The position numbers and the translations under genes are program-made. DNA of 64,000 nucleotides from Azolla caroliniana. Its lineage: Eukaryota > Plantae > Polypodiophyta. How positions within the stretch are numbered: position 1 is the first letter of the stretch; each line of letters opens with the position of its first letter. The notes under the pieces were generated by a model. It saw nothing but the letters and a program-made list of their open reading frames with translations. It was not told the DNA's origin and did no database searches. This document shows positions 12,679 to 23,951 of the stretch, piece by piece. The stretch lies in contig JBHGNT010000004.1 in assembly GCA_043228905.1 (NCBI GenBank), positions 14,818,001 through 14,882,000 of the forward strand, written 5' to 3'.

Positions 12679-13003
12679 GTTAACACTTATGAACAACACA
12701 AGATGGGGGATGATTAACTCTATATTAAATTAGCATTATCATCATCAAATACAAAAATACCTACAATGAGGTATATATAGATCTCATGTGCAAAGGTGCA
12801 CATGTGTGAATAGAATATAGGTACTAAGGTGTAAGTCTTATATTAAATGTACTTAGGAGTGGAGGATCTAGAACATCCCACTTAAGTACAAGGTCCTATT
12901 TAAGGCGTTATAGTTAACACTTCTAACTAGATTCTATCTAAGTAACTACAAAGTTACATGGTTGACTAAATAACTAAACTAAGTTGAGCTTGATCTCTCA
13001 ACA
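12676..13003 (-). repeat. Possible copia-type LTR (U3/R part) hosting the LINE
   Basis: The minus strand starts TGTTGAGAGATCAAGCTCAAC, like TGTTAAGAGACAAGCTCAAC at 46007, and has a TATA-like CTATATATA. A U5-like CTTCCGC...ATCACA end may lie at 2639-2670. No TSD was found. Confidence 0.4.
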
Positions 13004-14249
13004 ATGCCTTTACATTAGGAAATTCAAACATAAACATTAGGATTTAAAGCATAACCTACAATTTCATTGGACGTGTAGTTTTAAAACATGCTAGTCTTAG
13101 TGGAATGGTACATTTTAAGTTAGTTGTTTGTCAACGTTGAAATGACTTTGTTACTTGTCTCAAACCATAAATGTGAAACTTTTCTTAGATTCACAAAATG
13201 CGAACGAAATGTGACGCATTTATTTTTTCAGTCTACTATAATAAAAATAAATCTAAAATTATTTCATAGCTTATTGATAGATGATACTTTTTTTTTGTTT
13301 TTTTCCAAAAAAATTCTACTTCCATTAGTTAAGAAAAAGTACATGGAATAATATACAACTCATATGTTACAAGCCACTTTGCAATGGCTACAACAAAACA
13401 TCATGTATAAATGAAGCAACTAAGCCTCATCACATAATTACTCGATAGACGCCCATCAACATGAGCCTCACACACCCACATTCAGAAGATTTTGTAGTTG
13501 CAAAGTGATACATATTTAAAGTATGTTATGTGCATAAACCATGAGTGAAAACAAATCCATGTGAAGTTGGGATGCATTATCGCCACAATGTAGTCTTAGA
13601 TATGGGAGTGATGCCGTAATCACGTGGTTACTCATGCTCTTTAATGCCAACATCTTTGTCAACGCAATTATTGTCTTATTGTGAGGAACCACAAGAAACT
13701 CCTTTGAAAATATGAAGGTATGCCTTATTTTCTTGCTAGATCTAAACATTGGTGTTGAAATCATGCTCTTGTAGATAAAATCCTTTTTTATAGATATACA
13801 TATCAATATGTATATCTATGGGTGATATTTCTCTTTACCTTATTTTTTGAACTTCGTGATTCATCTTGATGATATTTAGAGACAGCTAAAGCCTTTCTCA
13901 CATGCGTTGTGGATGGACACTAGATCAATTCCATAAATGGAAGATTTGGAAGATCATGTTGTGTTTGTTTCCAAACCTCACTACAATTTTTTGTTCTTTT
14001 CAAAGATTTTCCTCATTAGTATTAAGAAAAACATGTGAATGCTACAACTTAAGCTTATGTGCCCAAAAGCTTACAAATTTCATGTACAATGATATACGAT
14101 AATCCTAAGACACAAGTTAGAACTTTGTAAAAGTTTTTTTTTTTTTTTTTTTTTTTGCATTTTGCCATGCTTCACTGTTAATCAAGAATGGGGCCAAGGA
14201 AGTTCATAGTTCCATTGAGGCCTTTGAGTTGACTCAAAGAATAGGGGTA

Positions 14250-14850
14250 ACTTTTTCCATAAGTCAAGGAGCTTCTTCTTTCTCTTGTTCATAGTCTCTG
14301 GTGAACCCTGCATGTTGTCATACTAGTCGTAGACTACTACCACCAAGTTCTCCCATATCTCACGCAAGACATTTGAGAGACACTGATATGTCGCATCGAC
14401 ATTTCCATAATGCCCATAACATTATTGTAGTCATTGTTTTCCATATCTGGGCAGATCGCACCTGCTTTCGAGGTTGTTGAAAGGGGCTGACCAATATCAA
14501 TCTTCTATTATGTACCATCATTGCCTCTTGAACATCGCTTGCCTCATACAACATCAAACTAGAATATAACACTCCCCACATTGCTAATCCCCATGAAAAT
14601 AAGCAACCAACATTGATTGTTAAAAATAACGAAAGAACTTTATTCCATACTTGTTGAGCCAAGGAACATGACCAAAGGGCATGCTTGGTAGTCTCTTGTG
14701 CTTCGTGGCAAAAGTCACATTGTCGAAGATTAGGTGTTACATTCCCTTTCAATGAGTGACCAACTGGTAAGGCCATATGCACTAATAGCCATTTGAAGAG
14801 AATAAATTTAGTTGGCCCCTTGAATGACCAAATCCATTTCCAGTTAATGG
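14250..14850 (-). pseudogene. L1-type LINE ORF2 C-terminal fragment (zf-RVT)
   Basis: Reads WKWIWSFKGPTKFILFKWLLVHMALPVG...CDFCHEAQETTKHALWSCSLAQQVW...LWALWKCR. Confidence 0.8.
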
Positions 14851-16452
14851 TAGTTGGCTCTTGAATATTACATATTTATCACACAATTTACCATTACCAA
14901 TTATCTCAAAATAAATAAATTCAATGAATTGTTTTTTCAACAACATAAATTTTCTAGTGTTTTCAACTTATTCGACCTCATATCCTTCCCCTTCCATCTT
15001 GCAATACTCGTCACTACTCATAGGTGATAACATTTTCATAGAAGAGAGTGTCATCGAAACTTGAAGTTTTTTCTTCATGGCTCCTATCACTAATCTAATA
15101 AATAAAGTTTGGAACCTAATTGTTTTAGTTACACCTTTACCATCAATACTCTTGTCCATAATGATGCTTTAATGCATATCACCTAAGATTTTATCTTGAG
15201 AGTTAACATCACAGAAATGAAACCCGTAAATTACCACAAAGCTCCTTAAGCTTATTGCAAGTGTGGAGTCTTCACTAATGGTTTATGCACATAACATAGC
15301 TTAAACATGTATCACTTTGCAATCACAAAATCTTCATCAACGATTCATCATCTTCAAATACCCTTGAAATAGCACTATTGTCTCCATCCGCCGTGTTTGA
15401 AGGGAAAAAAACACAAAAAGACAAAATCTTGGGTTCTAGTCAGAATAAGTGCCAAGTCATTGCCAAGGAAGGGTAAAGGGTTTGAAACCCACCAGAAATG
15501 ATTGGAAGGAAAAGATGGAACTACAATGCATAAATGACAACAATGGATCACCATTTCTGCATGGTTTTCCCAAACTAAGGTGAGAAATTTCATTGAAACA
15601 ATATTTCTACTTAGACCAACATGATCATCATTTAGAGTGAGATACGCCACAGTCCTTTATTGGGAAATATTTTCTTTCTCCCATTTGATCCCTTCACCAC
15701 ACAAAACAAACTCATTTCGTATAACTCTTGAGAGTTTAGTTTCTGTGCTTTTAATAACATATTTTCTCTTGAGTTTAAACAAGTTGCGAATTGAGTCATA
15801 AAATAAATTTGAAGTTTAGATAGTTTTTTGTCACATGTAAATAATATGGGGGAAGCGGTTACAGAAAATCCTATGTCATAAATATGCTTTTGTCATATTG
15901 AATTCAATTACACAAGATTTAAACATGATTATAGAGTGCCAAATAAAATAGGTAAGAAAGATTTGGGAGAATATTCTTGATTCACTGTAGTGAGTCTATG
16001 ATTGATGACAAGATCATCTTATAATAGCAGCTATCTCTATGGGCGAGATAATATTCATGTATTGGGCAATCGTGTGCACATTAACATTTTGTCGAGCATT
16101 GTCATAGTTTGCAACAGGAAGGTACTATGATAGTTTGTAGTTAGTTAATTATATGCATGTGCACACTTTTGTGTGCTTCTGTGTCTGCATTTGGATATGA
16201 TTGCTATGACCACAACCATGTGAAGGTGTGTGTATGTGTTGGTGGATCCATGTAATAAATTGACGGGGTAATGCCGGTAAGTATGTGTAATTAATGATAT
16301 ATTTATGTGTATAAGTGTGGGGGTATGTGTATTTGCATTTAGGAGTATATGTGTCTATATATATGTGCCTAGGTGTATGTGTCAGTGTATACAGATGTCA
16401 CAGAGGGGGAGTTCCCACTGAGGACTACCCCCATGTGACATCCCCCCATCGT

Positions 16453-16814
16453 TGTCGTGAAGGATTCCGGGCACAGAGGGAAACGGAGCGAGACACACGG
16501 GAATGGGTGTCTACACGGATGTACAAAGTTTAGCCGTTATGTGTGAAACATGTAATAACATAGGACTAGTAATTACTAGGTAGTAGGGTTTAGTGGGCAT
16601 TTTAAAGACCCGCACGGATAGAGAGGAATGTGGGAGTTTGATGAGAGGGAATCGAGGAAAATCTCTATCGGAAGCAGCTGACTTAACTACCTGATGTAAC
16701 AACTCTCTCTCTCATTGAGCTATAAAAGGAGGGAGAGAAGACTGAGAAACAAATCCAGGAATTGGGAGGAGGAAGTGCTATCGGATTGAGGGCCGAGTTC
16801 TCTACCTCTCTCTC

Positions 16815-16850
<36 letters not shown>

Positions 16851-17404
16851 TATCTTGTGCTCTGCACCCTTCAAAAGAAGGAGAGGAAGTCTCTGCTCGC
16901 ATTGGCAGCCCGTGTGCTCCCGACTAGAGATTCTTTGTTCTGTCTCCCTGTGTGTGGGTGTGTGTGTGCGTCTCTCCTGAGAGCGCTGAGCGCTGTTGCC
17001 GGCCGTGCCCGGTTGTACTCTTTGGACTCTCTGTTAATCATTAGTTTGCTATGTCCCCTTTATTGGGGTTTTTGCGTGGCTCTTACTTGTCGTGTGTTGG
17101 CCGTGCTCCGAGCTCGTGCCTTATACTTGTTCTGAATCTGTCGCGTGCACGTATGGGTCCTCGAGCCTGTGCGCTTGCCGCTGTTCCCTGTCATCCTTAC
17201 CGGGGGAAGTTACACTCCCTCAGGCTGGTGAGCTGCTCTACTCTGATTTGGGTACCGTTCCGTATCTAATACACGATCGGGGACCGAACCGGCATAACTA
17301 TCCAAACTGTGACTCGGTCCTCCCTTTCCCCTATTCTGATTACTTGGTCTGAGATCCCGGTGATCCCGTCCTATTTCTACGCATCCATGTGGAAAACCGC
17401 GACA
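16453..17404 (+). repeat. Gypsy element G1 5' LTR (~950 bp)
   Basis: TGTCGTGAAG...CGCGACA ends, TATAAAA at 16721, an internal (CT)n tract, and a following PBS. Confidence 0.85.
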
Positions 17405-17408
17405 TCTT

Positions 17409-17426
17409 TGGTGAACCCGACGTGAA
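17409..17426 (+). other. Primer-binding site (tRNA-Trp)
   Basis: TGGTGAACCCGACGTGAA, the complement of the plant tRNA-Trp(CCA) 3' end as recalled. It starts 4 nt after the LTR. Confidence 0.85.
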
Positions 17427-17475
17427 AGGGCGGAAGAGGAGTCTGACGATGAGAGGAAGCGAACTCACCGAAACC

Positions 17476-19558
17476 ATGGCGGTGGCCGTTGACCCCTTGA
17501 TGAATGCTCGAGAGGGCACGAGCGCCCTCGACAGAGCCGTTGAATTGATAGTCGCAACGATAGGCCGTTTCAATGGCAAAGATGTGACTAGCTACCTGGA
17601 CGCCTACCGGGCCGAGATGATGATGAGGGACATACCGGAGGACAGACGGCTGGCTGAATTCCCTCGAGTCGTTACACCGAGCATCTATGCCGAGGTGCGA
17701 GCAGATTGCCGTAACTGAGCAGAATTCGAGGGTTGGCTCCTCGAAAGGTACGACTTCGACGACTTGCTCCGGTTGTTTAAGGACTTTATGGATTGGGTGG
17801 AGAGCGCCGACAAGGGACAGAATACATTGGCTCTGCTTCAGGAGTTCGAAAAGCGGTTCACATGACTCTCCATCCTAGACAGGACCGTGCTCGATACAAG
17901 CAAGGTCCTACTGTTTGTAATGTCGGTCGAGGTGCTCGACCGCGAGAAGGTTAGTCTCCTCTTGATTGGAACGACACAGGGTCATCGACGACCGGCGTGG
18001 GGCCGTGGTCAAAAGAGTTTGCGGCCGTTTCGACAAAAGGCGCGATTGGAATGACGTAGGGTTGTCGACGACCGGCGCGGGTGCCGGGAGGAAGCTAGAG
18101 GAACCGGTTCCGACGAAAGCGGACGAAACGAGATGGTGGCTTGAGTCGGGCACGACACCAACCAAGGTGGTTGCAGGACAGCGCGGGGGTGCAACTCTTG
18201 AGGAGTGGACCAAGATGGTGTGCGATCTCCAGATTTTACAAGCACATAGGGATGGTGGGGGTTAGTCGCGCGATCGGAGGCCGCTGTTCGATCAGAGGTG
18301 CATGTGGTGTGACGTTGTCAGCCACGTCCGGAGGTACTGTGCCGACTTCGCTCAGACGCTTAAGAGTAATGTGGTGTACCTTTGGAATGGTCGGGTACAC
18401 GCCAACGATACGCGAAGGGCCCTGGAGGTAAATACTGGCCGGGGTAGAAAGGAAAGAGTAATGGAGGAAGCTGTGGTGCAACATGCTGAAACCATCCGCT
18501 ATTCGGCATCCATCAGGATCTGGGTAGGAGGGGATAGGAGCGTCAACTCCAAATTCTGGCTAGTAGTGTTGGGAGGCCTGTCGGGGGTAAGACTGAGAAT
18601 GGAAGAGGAGGACCTCACGGAGAAGCGGGTCCAGGAAGTCACTGGGTGGAGCGACTTGGTCAAAGAAAAGACTGGCTTCGTGGAGGCTGCGTGCCAGAAC
18701 CACAAAGTTTTGGTAGGAGAAAAATGGGCTGGGAAGAGCGGAGGAGTCAGACCGTTGAATCTGTACGATACCAGCAGTGCGCAGAAGATGAACGACGGAG
18801 GTCTGACAGGCCCACGGGATGGATTGAAGTTGATGAGCTTCCGGTTGAGCTCGGAGATAGGGAGGGCGACGGACCTGCAGAAGGTCTTGGAGGAGCGGGT
18901 CCTCGATAGCAAAGTAAAGCTTTCATTGAGGGAAGTGCTAGGGATTGCAAAGGAGTTCCACGACTCCATTGTGGATCTGGTAAAACGAAAGTGGCTCTCA
19001 ACAGAGCCTAAGCTAGAGAAACCCATAGAGGTGAGAGCAACACACATCGACGAGGCGGCCGTGGAAGACGAGTTCTCAGCCAACCACTATGTGAAGCCGC
19101 ATTGGGTGAGAGTGACAACGGAGACACCCGTTCGGATCGGGAACGTAAACGAACCAGTGGTTGCTTTGATCGACCATGGGTCTGAAATTAATCTGATGTC
19201 CATGGACTTCTACAAGAAAGGGAAATGGCCGATCAACACCAAGCATGGGTGGAAAATACGCGCGATGACCCGCACCATCGAGGAGCTGCATGGGGCATAC
19301 CCGAACATCCGAGTGAAGGTCGGGGATGTGGAGATCGACCAACAGTTCTTCATGCAGGAGATGTCCTCCCATCCGGCCATCCTCGGTGAACCTTACATTA
19401 TGGCAGCTCGAATGGCAATGAAGGTGCTAGACAACGGTTCAGCCTACGCTAGGGTGAAGAGTCAGGATGGCTGACACTCTGTTCAGTTCTTGACAGTCCG
19501 ACCGAACCACGATCGGAATCACGAGTTTCTCGGTAACGACGGACGAGAGGATTTTTAA
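17476..19558 (+). pseudogene. G1 gag-protease, disrupted
   Basis: GRFNGKDVTSYLDAYRAEM gag, CMWCD..SH...C knuckle and ALIDHGSEINLMS protease. Homologous to 49238-51280. Confidence 0.9.
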
Positions 19559-19613
19559 AGAGGGCTATCAGGGCATGGGGCCGTGATTGTCCAGACAACC
19601 AGAAGAAACCCCA
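19549..19613 (+). other. Putative -1 ribosomal frameshift signal (G GAT TTT + pseudoknot) of G1
   Basis: In-frame slippery heptamer before the TAA. Stem 19562-19570/19584-19592; TGGGG 19576-19580 can pair with CCCCA 19609-19613. Confidence 0.6.
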
Positions 19614-19919
19614 CTCTTGTACCATAGGTAGAGATTTTGGCCCTCCCCTAATGGAGGTTGTACCATAATCGACATTAGCGGCCAGGAGAAGAGGCAAGTC
19701 GAAGGATGCTCGAGGGCATGTAGCGCCTTAGGCCCCGATGACGAGATTGGTGGCGTCGTGGAGGCAGTCTCATTCGACAACCACCTTGGAGAAATCGCGA
19801 GGGCCGCCGAAGAGGATCTGCACGAAGACTGGAAGATTCCGGTCAATCCAGTGGAGATGTATGAAGTAATCGCGGATTATGGGAGGGTGTTCGGGTCGGA
19901 TCGGACGACCTGAGTTTAC

Positions 19920-20091
19920 AAGAAAACGAGGAAAGCGGTATACATGCCGGACACTCCAATTTACGTAACGGTGGATACGAGTCCGACCGAAATTAGGTGG
20001 GTAGTTAATCAAGAAGACGAGGGGGGCACACGGTTCCCCATCCGGTTCGGTGTGAAGGTGCTGAGCGTGCGGCAATGAGGATACACTCAGG
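19920..20091 (+). pseudogene. G1 RNase H fragment (RT deleted upstream)
   Basis: Reads PIYVTVDTSPTEIRWVVNQED...YTQ and resumes as VKRKLWG at 22560. Confidence 0.8.
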
Positions 20092-20584
20092 TGTTGTCCA
20101 TGGGCCAAAATTGTAATTCTAAGAAACGTAATAGGAAGTAGGTCAAAGTAGGTGAACAACCATAATTACGAACAACTGTAAGGAACGAAGACAACCGTAG
20201 TATGCGCAGCCAAGAATGGGAAGAAGCAAAGCGCACCAAAGCAAAGAGGAAGGGAAAAGATATGAAAAGAAGAACATGAGAACGAGACAAAGGGGGGGGG
20301 GAGGCGGGGGAAGAGAAGAAGGGAACTATAGCCCGTGATTACGGGATTATGAGGTTCTAGGTCATACTATTACTTTGCTGTTAATTCCGGCCGTGGGCTG
20401 TGTAGCTGTATTCATTACATACTCATAATACATATAGTTTTGGGTCTATTTCTTGTTTTGGTATTATGTGATTGCTGTCCCTTATGTAATTGATGTGGTG
20501 AAAAATTCTCTAGGAAGAGACCTTCCTTACGGAATGTATTTGAAATCCTGTTTTCCGGTATCGCCCTGACCACCACGTACCACA
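20092..20584 (+). repeat. LTR-like segment forming the left arm of the composite insertion
   Basis: TG...GTACCACA, purine-rich U3-like start, and an abrupt junction to an inverted gag fragment. Confidence 0.55.
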
Positions 20585-20960
20585 ACTCTTGGTGGAATAA
20601 TTCCAGAAATTGGGTGCAGACATCCTGGAACGTGGTAAACTCCCCAGGATTGTGTCGGGAATACCACTGTGTAGTGGGGCCATTGAGGGAGAGAGTCAAT
20701 TTGGCGATTTTGGAGGTGTCGACCTCCACAACGGTGAGTCGCTGTGTCGAATGGTTGGTTGCCATGTGTTGAGAAAGGAACGGATGTGGCCGTTGACATC
20801 TGGACCATCCGTGTAGCGGGCATAAGGGTGGTATGGCATTGCGTCAAGCTCTGGATCTTTGGTAGGGCTGGGAAAGAGTTGGGTTCCGGTTGTGGTGACA
20901 CTTCTGGAGGACTTGGACGGGTAGCAAGGTCAGGATCGATTTGCGACTGTGTGTCCGGGA
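20585..20960 (-). pseudogene. Athila/Tat-like gypsy gag fragment
   Basis: SKIAKLTLSLNGPTTQWYS...FTTFQDVCTQFLELFH, homologous to SKIAEFRLTLDGRAAC...ITTFDQLQSVFLRFFH at 47085-47210. Confidence 0.75.
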
Positions 20961-21130
20961 TTACCAGTGGCAAGCTTCAATTCCGATGCACAAGCCCGTT
21001 CTGGATTATCAACACGTACAATGGCACACTTCAGTTTGGCACATTTTCAGAGAACCACTTTTCTGAAGGGTCAACGGATTTCGATTGAAACCATACTGTG
21101 GACCGACACCACTTAACCCCTTCAACATAC
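20961..21130 (+). pseudogene. Gypsy integrase C-terminal (GPY/F) fragment
   Basis: GKLQFRCTSPFWI...KPYCGPTPLNPF, homologous to KLQFRWIGPYWI...KPYHELMPRNPF. Confidence 0.75.
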
Positions 21131-21424
21131 AACGACACGACCTCACCCAATCTCTGATAGGTGGAACAGAAGATTTTGAGGGCATCACACCTCAATCACG
21201 GTAAAGAGAAAAAAAAAGAGAAAAAAAGAGACCCACTCACTATTTTTAGATGAGGAACAACCTTCAAGAAAAGAAAGTACAAATGGTTCACATGACGCGT
21301 GGCCCTTAACTATCAGTATGGCAGGGAAGATTCTCAATCTAGGGCACAACGATACGTCTCGAGAACCGAGGCATTCACATAATAGAAGCAACAATAGCAA
21401 CAACAACCATAACGACCACAATCG

Positions 21425-22109
21425 TGTTGGGAATATGTCCCTCCAGTGAGAGGATGATCCGATTATTCAGAAAGCCGACAAACGAAGAGTCAGAAAACAG
21501 GAGCCGAGTTGATGAGGAACTCGGCCAAGGCCGAAACCGGAACCGAGTAAATAGCCAACTCGGGAGACTATATTTGTAAATAGTCTTAGTGTGCGCCACA
21601 TGAGGGCTACGTATGTAAATAACCAGAAAGTTGCGTAAGTATATATGCAACTAGGGAAAACATGTTGGTTAGTATGAACAGTGTAGAACATAGAAGTAGT
21701 AGTGTGCAAGAGAATGTGGGAGAGAGAGAAGCGTGAGCCGCGCCATAACTGTGTTGTTATAGTAGATGCGAAGAGCCCTGCGTGGCTGTTACACTCAACA
21801 GAGTGTTGTAACCTTCTCGGTGGTGTATATCCACTATTTGGATAGTGAAGCTTCGTTCCCGTGGTTTTTCCCCGTTTTAGGGTTTCCACGTAAATCTCTG
21901 TGTACATCTGTCGTTTATCTTGTCTTTGTCATTTCTGGCATTTCGGTGTGATTCGTATTTCAACGCATTATTTGTCTATTGTGATTTATTCTGTGACGAT
22001 TTCTTATCAAATCGTTCTGCTCAACCCTACTATCACTCTCTTACTCTCTGTAACCTACCTCCCTCTCGCTCTCCATCTCCACAGCCTTCTGAGTTTTCCG
22101 ATCACAACA
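21425..22109 (+). repeat. Probable copia solo LTR
   Basis: The start TGTTGGGAATATGTCCCTCC matches the LTRs at 37987 and 43329, with shared TATTTGTAAATAGTC and GGTTTTTCCCC. It ends ACAACA. Flanks AATCG/TGTCG match only 3/5. Confidence 0.65.
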
Positions 22110-22456
22110 TGTCGCTCGAAGTATCTAAGGAACTACTCCTCACCTGGAAGCCCAAGCCATCACCAAGAAAATCCACCCAAACACCATCAGCAACAATATG
22201 ATTCATGTAGCTCTGTGACTGTAGAGAGGGGCGAGCACAACATTGACACACCGCCCCAAGATATTTTGGAGCAACACTTTAGAGAGTATTCGCTCTTGGC
22301 GAAGGCCCATCACACTCATGGGGGTCCCAATGAGTTCTTCAGGAACCTAGCCCACTTTCTCCTCGAATACGCCTGTGTCCATGCCAACCCTACAACATGC
22401 CAAAGAAGAAGGGAGGATTGATCATCACGGCTTATCGAGGCGGAGCCATCGATTGG
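22110..22456 (+). pseudogene. Fragment of the extra (post-pol) ORF of the Athila/Tat-like gypsy
   Basis: FREYSLLAKAHHTHGGPNEFFRNLAHFLLEY...AIDW, homologous to the minus-strand sequence at 23240-23480. Confidence 0.65.
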
Positions 22457-22559
22457 GTTGCGCATACTGCGACTGTCTTCGTTCCTTATGGTTGTTCACT
22501 TACTTTGACTTACTTCCTATTACGTTTCTTAGAATTAAAATTTTGGACCATGGACAACA

Positions 22560-22860
22560 CCAGGTTAAACGCAAACTCTGGGGTATCGTTTCCGTAGTCA
22601 AGGCCGATAAAGACTACTTAATCGGGACGGAAGTGATAATCGAGATGGAAAACCAACCGATTCTTGGTATGGTTTCCGGATGCACAACTCCAGACCTGGC
22701 GATGTTCAGGTGGATCCGACACATCTCCAGAAAGGACAACTCCATGGCCGATATGCTTTCGAGAGCACGGTTCAACAACGAGGACAACATGGTGTCAGAG
22801 GACGAAGAAATCGGTATGGATTTCTTCGAGACTGCCTAATTGAGGGCAAATAGACAAAAC
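22560..22860 (+). pseudogene. G1 RNase H continuation
   Basis: Reads VKRKLWGIVSVVKADKDYLIG...NSMADMLSR. Confidence 0.85.
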
Positions 22861-22864
22861 GCTC

Positions 22865-23917
22865 CTGGGTTTCCATGTTAATATTTTGAGCCAAGGTGGG
22901 TAGCTCTTGCGCTTGCCAACGAAGTTTTATTTTTAGGGGCTTCACCGGTAGCTCCGTCGGCGCCTCCTTCTCCGCCTGCTGTTTCCGACTGTGTTGACAG
23001 TTCCTATTCCTTTTGCGCCGATCCTCCCTATGACCATCCGGGAGTGTGCTTGGCGAGGAGTTACTGCTGCTTAGATGGCTTGGTGGGCGTTGTATCCGTC
23101 GTTCGAGCCCACTTCTTGTCTTTTATGGCTAATATCGGGGGTGCGAGAAGGGTGAGCCACTGCGCCACCGCGGTCTAGACCTTCTTTCCATCCACAATCG
23201 ATTGGATGGCCGCTCGCAATGAATCGGCGGTGATCACCGGCCAAGCCAATCCACTCGAACCCCTTCATATGTTGCGATGTTGAAACCGGGCCTATTCTTA
23301 GGCATCGCCTGAGGGCGAGGATGTATGAAGCCGTATTCATGAAGCACACAGGCTACTTCTCGAAATAGGGCATCTTCACCGCCCTGTGTCTGGTACGCTT
23401 TGCTGGCGAGGGAGTATTCGCCGAAGAACTTTGTCAGTGTCTATGGGGAAGGATTCTCGATGGAGAAAAGCCCTCCCTTTGGTAGACTGATGAGGGCTCG
23501 GATAGCGTCCTTCGTGATTTCTTCAAGGTCGATTTTTTGTGCGACCTTTTCCGGTTCTTCGTGAGGAGGTGCTTCGACTACCCGGAGGAAACCCTTCAGT
23601 CCATTCTGGGTTAACTACTTCTTTGCCGTTTCAGAGAGCGCCATAGGTGCAAGTTCGTTGTTGGTTTCACTTGTGCTAGGGAGTGTTAGTGCGCCGGTGC
23701 TTTCTGTTTGTGCGTGTTTGATAACCTGTATCCACTTCTGCTCTCTGTACACTCTGTTCTCGCGAAATGAAAACGCTTTTGCGATGCAGATGTTTTGTGT
23801 CCCCATTTTGCTTCCTTTTCTTGATTCTCGCGCATGCACGTCGTGTACCATAATAGGGGTTGTACGTCGCGTGGTGCGCTTTAAATGGCTGACATCACGC
23901 CGTTTCGGGGTGTCCAT
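22865..23917 (-). pseudogene. Extra ORF downstream of pol in gypsy G2 (unknown product)
   Basis: Same strand as pol, starting ~35 nt after the integrase stop. Reads ...FFGEYSLASKAYQTQGGEDALFREVACVLHEYGFIHPRP...RVDW...AVAQWLTLLAP with stops. Confidence 0.6.
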
Positions 23918-23951
23918 TCATCAGTTTTTTATTTAGTATGGAGAAGTGTTA

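Larger units (their letters stand above)
20092..22559. mobile_element. Composite insertion with inverted ~105-120-bp TGT...ACA ends and a TSD
   Basis: TGTTGTCCATGG... at 20092 and its reverse complement ending at 22559. Flanks are TCAGG/CCAGG. Removing the insert restores YTQVKRKLWG. Confidence 0.8.

Noticed and set aside
2639-13003. Confident solo LTR containing the LINE
   Set aside because: The candidate ends give non-matching flanks (AATTA vs ATGCC), so it is kept only as a low-confidence feature.
13004-16390. Host gene or exons in the AT-rich interval
   Set aside because: Only short ORFs with no recognisable protein motifs apart from the L1 relic; no supportable exon chain.
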